From Microthyrium microscopicum (taxonomy: Eukaryota), in the NCBI GenBank assembly GCA_010405405.1, contig MU004234.1:478993-542992 (forward strand): a stretch of DNA of 64,000 nt, in the 5' to 3' direction. Shown in pieces: positions 1 through 13,265 of this stretch (position 1 is the stretch's first letter; each line of letters opens with the position of its first letter). The translations under genes and the position numbers were made by a program. Below the pieces are notes generated by a model. It was not told the origin of the DNA and searched no databases. It worked only from the letters and a program-made list of their open reading frames with translations.

Positions 1-446
1 ATCACCCAATGGCTCTCCTCTCAATTTACACCCTTCCTGCTCTTTATCTCTTATCATACTAGAAGCCCATTGACAAGTTCTTGTTCAGCAATTTCGCATC
101 TAAGTCCGAATTCAGATCCGAGTATCAGGGCTTTGCCGATTGTAAGGTTGTCTGGTACTAAAGGGTTGAGGGAAGTGTCGGTTGGATGCCGGTAAGACGT
201 TAATTAAATCTCGACTACCAGTATTGGCTTTAGTATCAAGTTGTGTACCCCTTTTCATAGCTTCGATGAAATAGAAGGAAGTCTAAAATCACGAAGGGCT
301 CAAATATTCTCTTGCCAGTTGAACATACATAAAATTGATAGCCGACACACCCAGAGTTGGAGCTTCACTTGTTGCATAAATGAACATGGCGATGAACAAA
401 CAACTGACTTGTCAATTTGTTATTTTGAACGCTTTGCTATGATACT

Positions 447-1455
<1,009 letters not shown>

Positions 1456-2526
1456 TTTCACGAATTGACAAGTTATCGAGTATAAGCTCTTGATTGTAGA
1501 ATACTCTGGAAAGGAAGAAGATGTATGTGACTGAAGCTATCTATGACGGTAGAAGATAGCGATGAGGAATACAGCTATTTCAATTCTGGTGGCATGAGCT
1601 TCTTCTTAACCGTTTCCCTCCCAGACAGCTGAACAAAGCAATCAAGACGTAGCCCCGCGGAGTCTAGCCATTCACATATCGATCGGAACGAGTGCGGAGC
1701 TACATATCGCCCTCTGCAGTTAGTCGTAATCAAAAACTGAGCGATTTGTTAACAACTATTCCAGTTCCGCTGTAAAGTCTGAGCTGTTCGAATGCTTACA
1801 CATCCTGATTGGATGTATCATAAGCAATGGGTGAGCAACTCGTGCGAATCGGGTGGGAGATGAGGTCATGGAATTGTCCAGATCTGGAGAAGAAGCTTGA
1901 TCCCTGGAGGAGCGGAAATGGTTCCAGACCGAGCTTCAAGGTAGCTTTGATGACACATCCTTAGTGTAAGCTTTGTGCATCTATACGAGTATTTTTTTGG
2001 GTCATAAGGCTGAGGGAATTATAGACAGAAATCTTTACTAAGCCAGCTTCCAATGCTTCCGCAGCCCGGAGAATTGGGACCACTACCTCAATGGTGGTGA
2101 TGTAAGGCAGCATAACTGCGATATATGTGATAATCACCGAAGTGTTCTGCATGAGAGGAAAAAGAAATTGAATACTTATCAGTGTTTCCTCCTATCCAGA
2201 TCTCTGAAATGGTGGGGCTCGTATGTGGAAGGACGTTTCTGGCAGGGCGATTGTAGGTTGACATCCAGCTTACATATTAGCTCTCAGCCGATGATTTGGA
2301 ACAAAATGTGCTACAGTATGAACAATTTGCCATTTCCAAAATCTAGCATAATCACTTCTTGGAGCACCATATCTTCAACTTCCCAGCGTCTCATTACATT
2401 CATAACGCTTTTCGATATGTACAGGCTAGTGCATTAGTAGTGTCGTATTATCAACTTCGCTTCTGTATTCCCCGTACTCGGTCGTGACTGGACAATGATC
2501 GACTCTTGACATGCCAAGAGGGCGTA

Positions 2527-4058
2527 TTAATAGTTCCATCTTTTGTCTTTACGTCCGGTACTTCTCTTCTTCTTGGAAGCCGTTGGAAGCTCAGATGAAG
2601 TTCCAGGACCATAATCTGGCGTACCCCCAAGAGAACCAAAGATATCACCAATGTAATTCGAAGCTATGAGGCATTGTCAGCACGAATCCTTTTCATCCTG
2701 GATCAGCACTTACGCTTGACGCCTGCCTTGAAGGTCGTGTCCCACCCATCGAGTATGCCCTCCACGATCTTAACTCCAGCCAGATACAAGTTTGCGATCG
2801 ACGGCGGGAACGCGCCTTGATCAGAATAAAGCAGGTTGTCTGCAGCAGCCTGCCCTGGGTATGGTCTGTCGTAGTCGCTTCCAGTGCGCATGACAATGAT
2901 GCGGCCGAAATCGACCAGTCCAGCGAGCGCGCCACGAAGCAACACTTCCAAGGTGGCATTATCTTCTTCGGCTGTAGCGCAATACAGACCGGTGCCGTTG
3001 GTCAAGAGCGTTGTCCAGTTGGCCGCATAGCTGCTGAGTATGTCTCCTGAGAACCAGACGTCCGATGTCACGCCGTCGCATTCGATAACGCCTTGCTCTA
3101 TGTTAGCGTCGTACTTTGGTTGATGGGATGGAACGTACTTGGTGCCATAGCGCCGGCTTCATAGCCAGCAATTCCGGAGAAGTTGGCTCGGTATGTAACT
3201 GCAGTGGCAGAGTCGTTCAATGTCGCGGTTTTGGCAAAACCAGCGGCAATGCTTCGAAGATCGGCGTTGACTTCGAACACTTCGGTGCCGTAGAGTTCAC
3301 CAGGATATAATCCGGGCTCAGTATCGCCTTTCAATTGTTAGGATCTTGAAGCTGACTATGTATGGTCTACACTTACCGAAGGCGACGCTATAGCCTGTCG
3401 CCCAGGTCGACGGAGCTTCCCGTGGATCGATCTCGTACGACAAAGCGAATTGAACAGAAAATCGCGCCAATGTGACAGAAGCTGACGAAGCAACCTGTGG
3501 ATTCACACCTGAATAACATAAGCACTCTCGTCATGTTTGCAACAGTTGGCCGATCAACAGAGCTTGGAACTTACCAGCGATTCCAGCGATCATGAAGTAC
3601 GTCTCGGTCAAGTTGAATATCGGCGAGAGGACTAAAGCCGAGATCGAGCTAGCAGCGTTGATTTCTGGAAGTATTAGTTCATGTTGTGCCAGTCATGGAG
3701 ATACCACAAACCTGACTCTCCAACTGTAATCTGGCACACATCTCCATTCGATGTACAAGTGACATTCGGATAGATGGGCGAAAGTCCAGGTAGAGTATAG
3801 TTCTCTGCGAGGACGTTGAATTCCGGGATATCCCACCACGCTGCTGCTTCTGGCGTAAACATGCTGATGATGAAGAACTTTCTATCAGTCAGTACCACCG
3901 TAGCTCAACGTATAAGCGATACAAACCTTTGGACTAACAACATCACTCCTCTTGCTCAGCACTTCCCTCTTACCAAACATACCAGCAAATGGAGACCCGC
4001 ACACCGGACCAGCCAAGCTAGACAGAGCAGCAACCGCTGCCAGAGTAGGAAACTTCAT
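2527..4058 (-). CDS. Purine nucleoside permease (NUP family), secreted, multi-exon
   Basis: Signal-peptide-like start MKFPTLAAVAALSSLAG and KR sites; motifs FIISMFTPEA, VCQITVGES, YFMIAGIAG, YEIDPRE, YGTEVFEVN, YCATAEEDNATLEVLLRG, RIIVMRTGSDYDRP, NYIGDIFGSLGGTPDYG. Confidence 0.88.
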
Positions 4059-5663
4059 TATGATATGCTAACCGGATGATCCTCGAGAAGATCCGAGGAA
4101 GGTTATACAAGGAATAGGATATAAGATATCTATGGTGAAGAGCTAGGTTCACTGCATTCACTACTCCAACGCACAATTACCAAAAACCAGATTTCTCATC
4201 CGAGGACATGGAGTACTAATAAAGCAGTTCCCAAAAATAAGATAATCCTAAGCTCTTGCATACACCCCAGGAACTACCCATTCCTGGCGAGGAGCTATCC
4301 ATCCTTCGGAATAGATCGTCGTTCGAGCCCCCACAGGGTATGCGGAGTATGCAGTTCGTGAAGTCCTGGTATCCGCAATGTTCCCAGAAAGCGTGGAAGA
4401 CACCACATAGCGGGGGCAAAAGACATGCTAGGCACCTAAATTTGGTCCAGAAATGGAATCGGAGCAACGTGGGTGCAGTTTGGTATGGTTGCCGTCGGAT
4501 AGATTGTCGTAGCATTTCTGGTACAAAGGACCAAGAATCCATTGACGTCAAGTTCATCGTCGAGGTACCGATGGGAGAGATGGACCAATCAACGGTGCCG
4601 GCAACATCAACCTCAGAGATAAGAACGCGACTTGGCGAAGAAACTGACTCTGGAATCTCGTAAGGATGCAAGATATGGACTAGGTATGCATGGTCTAGTC
4701 AGCGGAGACTGCCGAAGGATTGGAGCTTCATTGAGCTTGAGCTCCACCTTCAGTTGCATAACGTTGCATTGGTTGCTATCCGAAAGACGGGTTACGGGTT
4801 GTTGAGAAGGCGAAAAGAAGATTTGATAGAGAACGAATTGGGAAGGAAGTAGTCGATGGAAAAAGCAAATTCTCCAACCTCTTGAAGGTGTCTTGCCTAG
4901 GTCGGCCAACCCGGATCGTAACTCCTGTTTTGTCCATCCTTCTCAACCTCTATCGAGGGAGTCACTGCATTGCCGTTTGTTTGCTTGTACTCCTCTGCTT
5001 ATATACAAAAGTAGGAGCCAGCACTATATATTGCGACGTTGGCATTAATTCTGCAGGATTGGAAAGGAACAAGATCCGAAGTCGTTTGGTTGTGCTTGAC
5101 TGGACTAAGCTGGAAACGGTTAGTCCGGACGTGGGTGTCGCTGCCGCTCTCTTTCAATCTTCTATCAAACCTACTGTACCTAACATTAACTATACGCGTA
5201 ATTGCAGACGAGATCAGAACAACGATTGCTCCTTCGCGACAAATGTCCAAGGGTCGACGATGATAACCCTGAGCCGCGAGGCGGGCGCTCCGGTTCAGTC
5301 GAACATCGCGCCATGTCCGTAGAGATCAACTGCCACGCGATTGATAGGATCAGATATGTCCTTATAGAATATATTCCACGAGCGACAAAAACAAAGAGGT
5401 GCAAAGAGTTTTGCGTCATGGTATGAGGTAGCAATGCTTTATTCCTTTATCTAACAAATACATTTTGCACTAATCATGAATTCCTATGAGAGCAATAGTG
5501 CCGAGATATCATTGATCAGCTCAAATCGTCCAAATAGAACATCAATGTTGGTAGGAGTGGCCCCAAGCTGGTGCGATCGAGGTGTTGCTGATAGCCTTGA
5601 TCTGATCTGTAGGTACATCACATACTCATTCGCTGGTGACAACATTCTTCTCGGCGTTGATAT

Positions 5664-5731
5664 TATGACGGCTCTTAGTGGCCACAAGGTGTTCTCTGTT
5701 GTGAACCTTGTGGCCACTATGAGCCGTCATA
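5664..5731. repeat. Near-perfect inverted repeat (27-bp arms, 1 mismatch, 14-nt loop)
   Basis: Arm 5664-5690 TATGACGGCTCTTAGTGGCCACAAGGT; arm 5705-5731 reverse-complements to TATGACGGCTCATAGTGGCCACAAGGT. Confidence 0.95.
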
Positions 5732-5894
5732 CAATCAGGCTTTGGCAAAGCTTTAGCCCTCGGCCGTCCCTCGTAATCCTACCTGAGTAGTGTTGTCACT
5801 GAATGGTTTCTCAGCCCGGTAGCTGTGGGGACAATTGACTGGTATGCAAGATTTATGCCAATCATCTTTGAGAATATTGCTAGGTAAGGTCAAG

Positions 5895-8301
5895 CTAAAC
5901 AACTGTGAAAGTACCCGTTGCACCAGATTTGAGCCAGTCAATCTCGTCTTTATACCCAGTGCTGTACCAAGTGATCCACGGCATGCCACCCAAAACAACT
6001 CTAGGCGAATAACGCGGATTGAGTTGTAGATGGCCCACTCGGCGATAGTTTCCACATGAGAGTTTCCTGACAACAAGACCGTAATGAAGGTAGTCGAGTT
6101 CTTCAGTAGAGAGCAGTAGAAAAACATCAATACTCGAGCAGTTCGGATCTGCAAAGTCTTCGACTAGGTGATCGACAGTGAAAAGAGCTGAGATGACTTC
6201 TCCGCTATCAGCTCTTTTGAGCCTCAGAGTCTGCCGAGTGCCAGAATCCGGCCCCTTCTCCCATTTCGCCGGCTGAAAGCACGCTTCTAATGCTACATGT
6301 CCATTCGTAACCTTTCCGTAACTGAACATAGGATCTTTCAACTCCACTTGGATGTCCAAGATGCGAAATTTGCTGTGAAGAGACGGTTTGTGCAGAAATG
6401 AGTCATCTTCAAACTCTGGATATAAGTAGGGATCATATCGAACTGGGCCACTCTTCGACGCCCAGCTCCAGGATGGGCCACCAAAGTGATGTGTTGATAA
6501 TCCAGTATCTTCATTGACTATCTCCCGAGAGGGTCTGTTCTCGAGCATCCTTGAGTCCGATTTCCACAGCAGCTCGTAAGGCAGGCTAGACTCAACATTC
6601 CAGAGTCCTGCCACATATGGGGCGTCAATGCGAGGTGAAAAGGTTTCGGCGATGGCAGCTATAGCAGGTAGTCGATCCGTGGGAAACTTGATAAACCTGT
6701 TAGAGTAAACGGATACAATTTGGTGCCAAAGTTCTAGCGTTTGCTTAAGATGCCCTTCCTTGCTTCCGGTGTTACCACAATAGCCGACTTGAGTAAAATC
6801 TTGGAAGGAGGTGTAAATCGCTCCCTCGTGGTTCTTCCATGATGGTGCGGTTCTGGTCCATCCATCAACAAGCTCTGGGTAGTTCCATGTCTGACAAGTC
6901 CACCTAGTCTGGCGGGTGCCAATATTCAGCATACGACGGGACAACAGATACTCTTGCAGTGGCCAAGCTCGTGCGTATAATGGCTCCGATAGATCCTCTT
7001 CAACGCCAAATTCAAGAGTTGCAGTCTCAAATGGTTTGTTGAATCCTCGGAATGGCATTTCAAATTGAGCACCATTGGTTATGGAACGTGGACCAAGAAA
7101 GCCAGCTTCTGAGGACTCGGCTCTGGAGGCTAAGATGGTCACCTGGGCCTGGCCGTAAATTTGTGGCATTAGAGGTAGCTCGATAGCGAGGTCAGGATCA
7201 TCTTTTTGCATGATGCACAGAGCATCAATCCAAAGAAAGCTAAGTCCAAGAGACTCGGTCACCATGACTGCATGGCGAAGGGTCAAAGGAAGTTCCTCAA
7301 CTCTAAACCCTCGTTTCAACTCACGTAAATTTGTTCTCCTTAGTTGAAAACGTCCTTTGACATCAGCTCCCCAGCAGTAGGATAGTACAGCGTAAGGCAT
7401 AGCAGCACTCTCCGTTGTCTCACGTACACGTAATTCTAAACTGTCGTTGACCCTGCACAGTTCTAGCAGTCTACTAGGTGCGAAGGTTGTAGAAACTTGT
7501 TTGCATGCTTCATGATTTTCTTGACAATCGCGAAACCAGGATGCCATTTTACGCAATGATCCCTCGTGGCCAGGATGCTTGTTGATAGGAAGTCTTCCTA
7601 TGGAGGTTTTGAAAGGATTTTCTGATAAGCGCTAGGCGTCAACTCAATGTTTTTTCGTTACGGAATACTAGTGACTCACCACATTGTGTGGTTGTAGACA
7701 AACTCATGATGGGCGAAGTGAGTTTGAGCGTTCTTGTCCATGTATGACGAATATCATGAACACCAAACACCACCAAGTGTTTGGGGTCACTTTGTGCTAG
7801 AAGAAAAGTTGTTTGGCAGATATTGGGCAAAGCCGCCTGCTGCTTCTCCAAAGCCCAGACGAGCAATAGAAAAAATTGGCAGCCTTTATCTGCTCGCTTT
7901 CTCCACGCCTCTGGGTCGATATCAAAAAAGCAAAGACTCGAAAAATGAAGCCTGCTCGCTTTTAAATCTCCTATGTCTCCCGAAGTATGTTCTAGACTAA
8001 AAGTTCGTCTCCGGAAGAACACTAGCAAGTTCGATAAAAGCATCCGCCTTTTTGATCGCATGACAGGAAGTGATGTATCGGAGTCTGTCAATATCTCGGA
8101 AAGACGCTGGTATTTATCGGCCGACATGTAGTCTGGTGAAGCCCACCGGGGCAGTTTTGATATCTCCTCTTGAGACCATCGTTTGCGAATAATCTTGTGG
8201 AAGAATTCAATTTTTTGGGGAATCGAAGCCTCGCTAAAGTCCAATTTTATATCCTTACAATGCTTGCACCTATGGCCTTCTACACCATATAACGAAGTCA
8301 T
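5895..8301 (-). CDS. HET-domain (heterokaryon incompatibility) protein, about 782 aa (HET1)
   Basis: ORFs 7639-8301 and 5895-7556 join in frame via intron 7622-7679 (GTGAGT...TATCAG). Motifs WFRDCQENHEAC, PSRLL, YAVLSYCWG, LWIDALCIMQ, MPQIYGQA, PLYARAWPLQEYLLS, DRLPAIAAIA, YVAGLW, PSWSWAS, YRRVG. Confidence 0.92.
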
Positions 8302-8457
8302 TTTGCTATCAAGTTATGAACCTAGAGTTATCAGCATTCTATTTACAATCAGTATTAAGTACTCGAGGTACTGTTGCATACCATACTTACAGCTCCAAAT
8401 GATTAAGGTTCCAGTCTGGCAGTCACACTAATGGCTACTTTAAGCAACAAAAGCGTA

Positions 8458-8797
8458 CCGAAAACTTCTGTTGAAACGCAACATGCTAGCGTGCCTATTT
8501 AGGTCGCAGTCCTACTAAATTTAGCGGGCGCTGCCCCTATTGGTAATTATTTGTCCCTTTTAAACTACCTAAAGGTTATTGGCTCAAAAGGAGTTTCCCT
8601 TAAGCCTTTCTTATATCTCTATCCGCTTTTATAAGGATTAATAAATAAGTTAATACGGTAAGTAATCCATATTTAGAAGAGAATTATCCCTATTAATACC
8701 CTTCTTGACCCCTTTTGCCCCATCTAGCGCAAGCCTAAAAGCCTTCTCTAATCTAAATAGGCACGCTAGCATGTTGCGTTTTAACAGAAGTTTTCGG
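8458..8797. mobile_element. MITE / non-autonomous Tc1-mariner-type element, 340 bp, RIP-affected
   Basis: 45-bp TIRs 8458-8502 and 8753-8797 (CCGAAAACTTCTGTT[G/A]AAACGCAACATGCTAGCGTGCCTATTTAG, one G/A mismatch), TA on both sides (8456-57, 8798-99), TpA-rich interior. Confidence 0.9.
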
Positions 8798-9375
8798 TAG
8801 TATGTGGCAATATGCATACATCAAGTATGTGAGTCGCAATAAGCGCTTTCTATGCAGGATTCTACATAGTGCTCCAGAGTCGCTAGTGGTAGAGTAGTGA
8901 CTACATGTCCATAATAGATGATGATTTATTCAAGTTTATAGCAATCAAGAGCACTACTGCTGAGCTTTATGCAACTTCAGGGACAATGCCAGCTCAAACA
9001 GATCCATGAAAACTCCTGGCGCTAAATCCAGCCTGCCCAGTTTTGGTGGGCGGCTAAATCCATTTGGTGATCTAGGTTCCAGATGCGGCAGAGACCTGCG
9101 CCTCAATCTAGATCTCCAACCCATTGGCTCTTAATAATCAGCGTACTATAGCACTAATTTAGTGACATCTCGCCTTGTTTTTAGTGGAAGAGACGCTTGT
9201 TTCATCTCCAAAAGCAAGCCATCGTTGTGCCAAGGCAGGAAATGTCGTACTCCGTTAGGCGATGCAGTACTTGACATCGCGACTTCCATCTCGTCAAAGT
9301 TTTGACCTCTAGCTTCCCCACAACATTGGAGCCATTCGCAAGTGATTTCGCGTTTCAAGTTGCATGTTCAGTAAG

Positions 9376-10148
9376 ATGTCTTATCCAATGACGCAGATTG
9401 GTGGTCGGGGTAAGTTAACATGCCTCCTTGCCAAATACATTATAAAGCCCAGCGCGTCGTATACTGACCACATGAAGCGTTCAATCCAAGTCATGGAGGG
9501 GGCGGAGACACAGAAGCAGAATACGACAGGCTACGCGGTGCTGCCCGCGAAAAGATCGGTGAACGACAAAGTCTCTCTGCGCAATCACAGAATGCGTATA
9601 AACGCGGCGACGGCGCCGCAGCACACGATTTAAGTCAAAGAGCTAAAAGAGTGGCCGAAGAAGCCGATAATTTCAACAAACAGGCTTCCGACTACATCTT
9701 TCGCGCCAATAACGCGCATGCCAAATCAGACGAAATCGACCTCCACGGCCAGTATGTCGAGGAAGCGGAAGATCTTGTCCGAAAACGCATTGAGACGGAG
9801 AAGAGTCGCCATGCAACACACTTGCACGTTATTGTCGGCAAGGGTAATCATAGCGTCAATCATATCCAGAAGATTAAACCTGCTGTCGAAAACATTTGCC
9901 GTGAGATGGGCTTGGCTTATAAGACCGAAGCTAACGAAGGGCGAATGTATGTCGACTTGACCGGAAATCAAGACATGCCCGACTATGCACCTGAGCCTGG
10001 CCAAGGATATCACCGGCCAGATTATCAAGGTGGTCATCAACAGCAGCATGGAGGTGGGCAATATCATCGTCCACCACAACAGACCCAAGAAGAACAGTTG
10101 GTGGAAGCAGGCATCAAGAAGTGTATATCTTGTTGTATTATCATGTAG
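9376..10148 (+). CDS. DUF1771 + Smr (small MutS-related) domain protein with C-terminal CaaX
   Basis: Intron 9410-9477 gives EAEYDRLRGAAR...SQNAYKRGDGAAAHDLS...IFRANN, then IDLHGQYVEEA and LHVIVGKGNHS (Smr motifs); ends KKCISCCIIM*. Confidence 0.9.
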
Positions 10149-10326
10149 ATTTTGACGGCACGCACCGCACCCCTTGGTTGGCCTAAAAAGGCCTTGTACA
10201 ACGCCATATATGTTTATATGGACGACGCTCAACAGGACGCAAAGTCAGAGTAAGACGCTAAAGTTTAATTTTCAAATCTACGCTTTATTTGCTTCAGCCT
10301 GTGTCTTAATTGTCATTTGTTCAAGC

Positions 10327-11513
10327 TTACTTTCCATACAGAGCTTTCTGTGTATCATAAGTATACTTCATCTCCCCATGCCAATAATCCGGAGCCGTAG
10401 GTTTCGCTACCAGCCACGCCTCATCCAGCGCCTTGACCACCTCCTCCGGCAACGGGCCCTTCTCCAGGTCCTTGAGATTGCCTTTGAGTTGATCAATGTT
10501 GCTGACACCGATGATGATACCGTCGTTACCGTCCTTGATGTTCAATTTTGAGTGATGGACTACCCATCGTAGCGCAGTTTCAATGAGAGTTAGGCCAGCT
10601 TTTTGCACGACAGGCTCAATGATTGAAAGTGCTTCGAATGTGCCGTTGCGGAAGTAGCGTTTGCGGTAGTTGGCCCCTTGGTGGGATGTATCGCTGAAAC
10701 GGCCTTCAGAGGGCACTTGGTCGAGCTTGACTTTGCCGGAAAATATGCCTCCTGCTACGGGGTTGTAGACTACAACGTCTAGACCGTGGCGTCGGCAGGC
10801 GGGGATTAGTTCTGTTTCGATGCCGCGAGTGATCGCGTTGTACATGCCTACTGGATGTGAGCTTGATGCGATTATGTCTGTATTTGAGGCTTACCTTGCC
10901 AGATTGTTGGCTTGACCCATCCATTCGCCTTGCAGAGCAAACACACTTCTGCAACTTCAAAGGAGGTAAAGTTACTCAGACCTAGCTGAACAAACTTGCC
11001 CTCCTTGTGAAGCTCATTGACAGCTTCTAGAGTCTCTTGGAATGGCACACTTCGATCCGCAGCATGCAAGTAGAAGATATCGACACATGTAGCTTGTAAT
11101 TCCTTCAGACTTGTTGCAAGGGCAGCCTTGAGCTTCTCCGGTTTATGCTGACCAGGCTCAAATGGATAATGCTGTTCGAATCGTCAGAACCATAACCGAC
11201 GCCCTTCGGTAGTTTCATCTTACCTTGGTCGCAAGAGTGAATCCACGGTCCTGCCATTTCGCCTGACCAGTCCAAGTCTCTTGCGCCCCTCCAACATAAC
11301 TACGAGCTGTATCGATCTCATTATATCCCTGAGATTGGAAATACTTCAGATTCTCATCAAAGTCATCATAGTTGACGACCCGTGCTCCTTTGGACGCATC
11401 AGGACTATGATGACGTTAGTACTTCGTGTTCAAATATGTTACTTAATGGAATACCCAAAGGTCATGAGACCGAGAATGACTCGGTTCTTAGGACGATTCG
11501 CGATGAGAGGCAT
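10327..11513 (-). CDS. Aldo-keto reductase, aflatoxin B1 aldehyde reductase (AKR7)-like, multi-exon
   Basis: RVILGLMTFG start, EIDTARSY, LATK, IFYLHAADRSVPF, FVQLGLSNF, MYNAITR, YNPVAGG, ALRWVVHHS, IIIGVS. Confidence 0.9.
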
Positions 11514-13265
11514 GATTCTATCTTGATCAAGTTATCAATGAGAGAGGATCTTAAGAGATTGTTGCAAAACGTGTATAACGAAGGAGCGCATCCAAATTTA
11601 TAGGCAACTGCCCTTGCTCATTCCGAATGCTTGTCATGCCATTTCTGAAGCTAGACCCCACATTCAGCTACCCGGCTATAACTTCGATCTGGGATAGACG
11701 ACATCGGGCGGGCTTAACGTTCTGATTATGTTAGCAAAGTGCGTTGGCTGTATCTCCGATACTTTCTAGAGCTTCAGATTCTGGTGGTTCTGTGATGTTT
11801 TACCAGGTATATATCTCATCCTGTATTCCAATATCAATCAATCTTGTTTTGCGAAAGAAGACTAAAAAACTGTACCACATTGTTCTCAGAATGGGAGGTA
11901 TGCTCTCTTCTGTTCTTCAGTAAACTGAAAGTAGATAGGAACACTATAAGACCATCTTACTGTCTTTCTAGTCACATCATGGTTGTGAGTTCCAGGCTGG
12001 TATGTATCTCGATAACCATTCTGCCAGTCACATCGCGAGATTAATCCCGGTCACGCTTGACGGCCTTCCGGTTCAAAAAGAGTTTCTTACCTCCGCATTG
12101 CAGAATCAATTTTCCAGAATGTTTGTATGTATTCTAGAGTGGGACTTGAACCTAGCACAAGACTGTTGATCTGTACACATGCTGCTTATACAAATGCAAC
12201 TTGAAGAGACAAACAAACTTTGCAGATCAGCCACATCATGGCCATAATTAGGAGTGCTCAAGTACTTTCGCAGCTTAATTCTAACTCAGAATTACTCTCT
12301 ACCTACCTAGTAGCTATGTTCTAATTGCAATCAACATGCTCGTAACCATACTCAAATGACACTTATCCCAGAGCAGGTTAGTACAGGTGCTGTATGGTAT
12401 AGAGTAGTAGCAGCCGCATTAAGAGCCTCATGACGAGCTAGTACAAACACTATCGGTGAATATCTGAAGAGGCTTGTACACACCGGAGGAGACACAGATG
12501 ACCATGTCCTACACGGGCAGTTATATGGAGTCAATGGTGCCATCATGAACCCTTTCAACTCACTCTCGTCTCTTGCTATCATATCAAAGTCGAGGAACGT
12601 TACCTGGTACACCGAGGACCGGTGTGATTGTGTCATTCCGTGGGTGTTAAGGCTGGCAAAGTCTATCTCACCACCAAGCCTATCTCGACTCTTGGCCCAC
12701 CGGTCTGGGAGCCGCAACAAGCATAAAGAGCCTGGGTCATGGCCTATTTAATTTGCTAAAAATTGAAACTTCATCCTCATATTTACTCCAAGCTCTACTC
12801 TGCCGAAGAATAAAATTATACATCTCGTTGATACAATCTCATTATTTCAAGGGCGCTGATCAGATATCGAAAATTCTGTGGCTACGTCATTCTTCTTCAA
12901 CACCAAGTTCTGGGATTTTGCTCGCTTCCCCTCGTCAGTTCCTACGCGAGAAGGCGTTTGATGCAACTTTTCGCTTGAACGCACTCCAACTATTCCCAGA
13001 CTGCAGAAACAAGGTAAATACATGCACCGAACATCAACATAAACGTACAGTTCGCAGCATCTCTCCCATCTCAGCCTTTCCCGCAAGGCTGAACCCAGCA
13101 GCCCAATATATTCACCACCACAACCATCACGCAGCACGCTACCCACCCCTCTAGTTCCCCAATCATCCACAAAAACAACAAACCCGCATAAAACAATCCG
13201 GCTTCATCCGTCAACCTCACCAACAAAAGGAAAAACAAAATCTCGCCCACACTTGTACAAACACA

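Noticed and set aside
4216..5717. Cluster of short ORFs between NUP and HET1 as a possible decayed gene
   Set aside because: The minus frame linking 5250 to 4216 has five stops in about 110 codons, near random; no recognisable motifs or consistent splice model.
12136..12157. B-box/T-loop-like GGTTCAAGTCCCAC on the minus strand, possible tRNA
   Set aside because: T-stem does not pair and no D-arm or acceptor stem is present.
12540..12575. Peptide ESELKGFxMxP shared by non-genic ORFs at 12352-12720 (-) and 40545-40733 (+)
   Set aside because: Similarity does not extend; a 7-residue match is expected by chance among all six-frame pairs of 64 kb.
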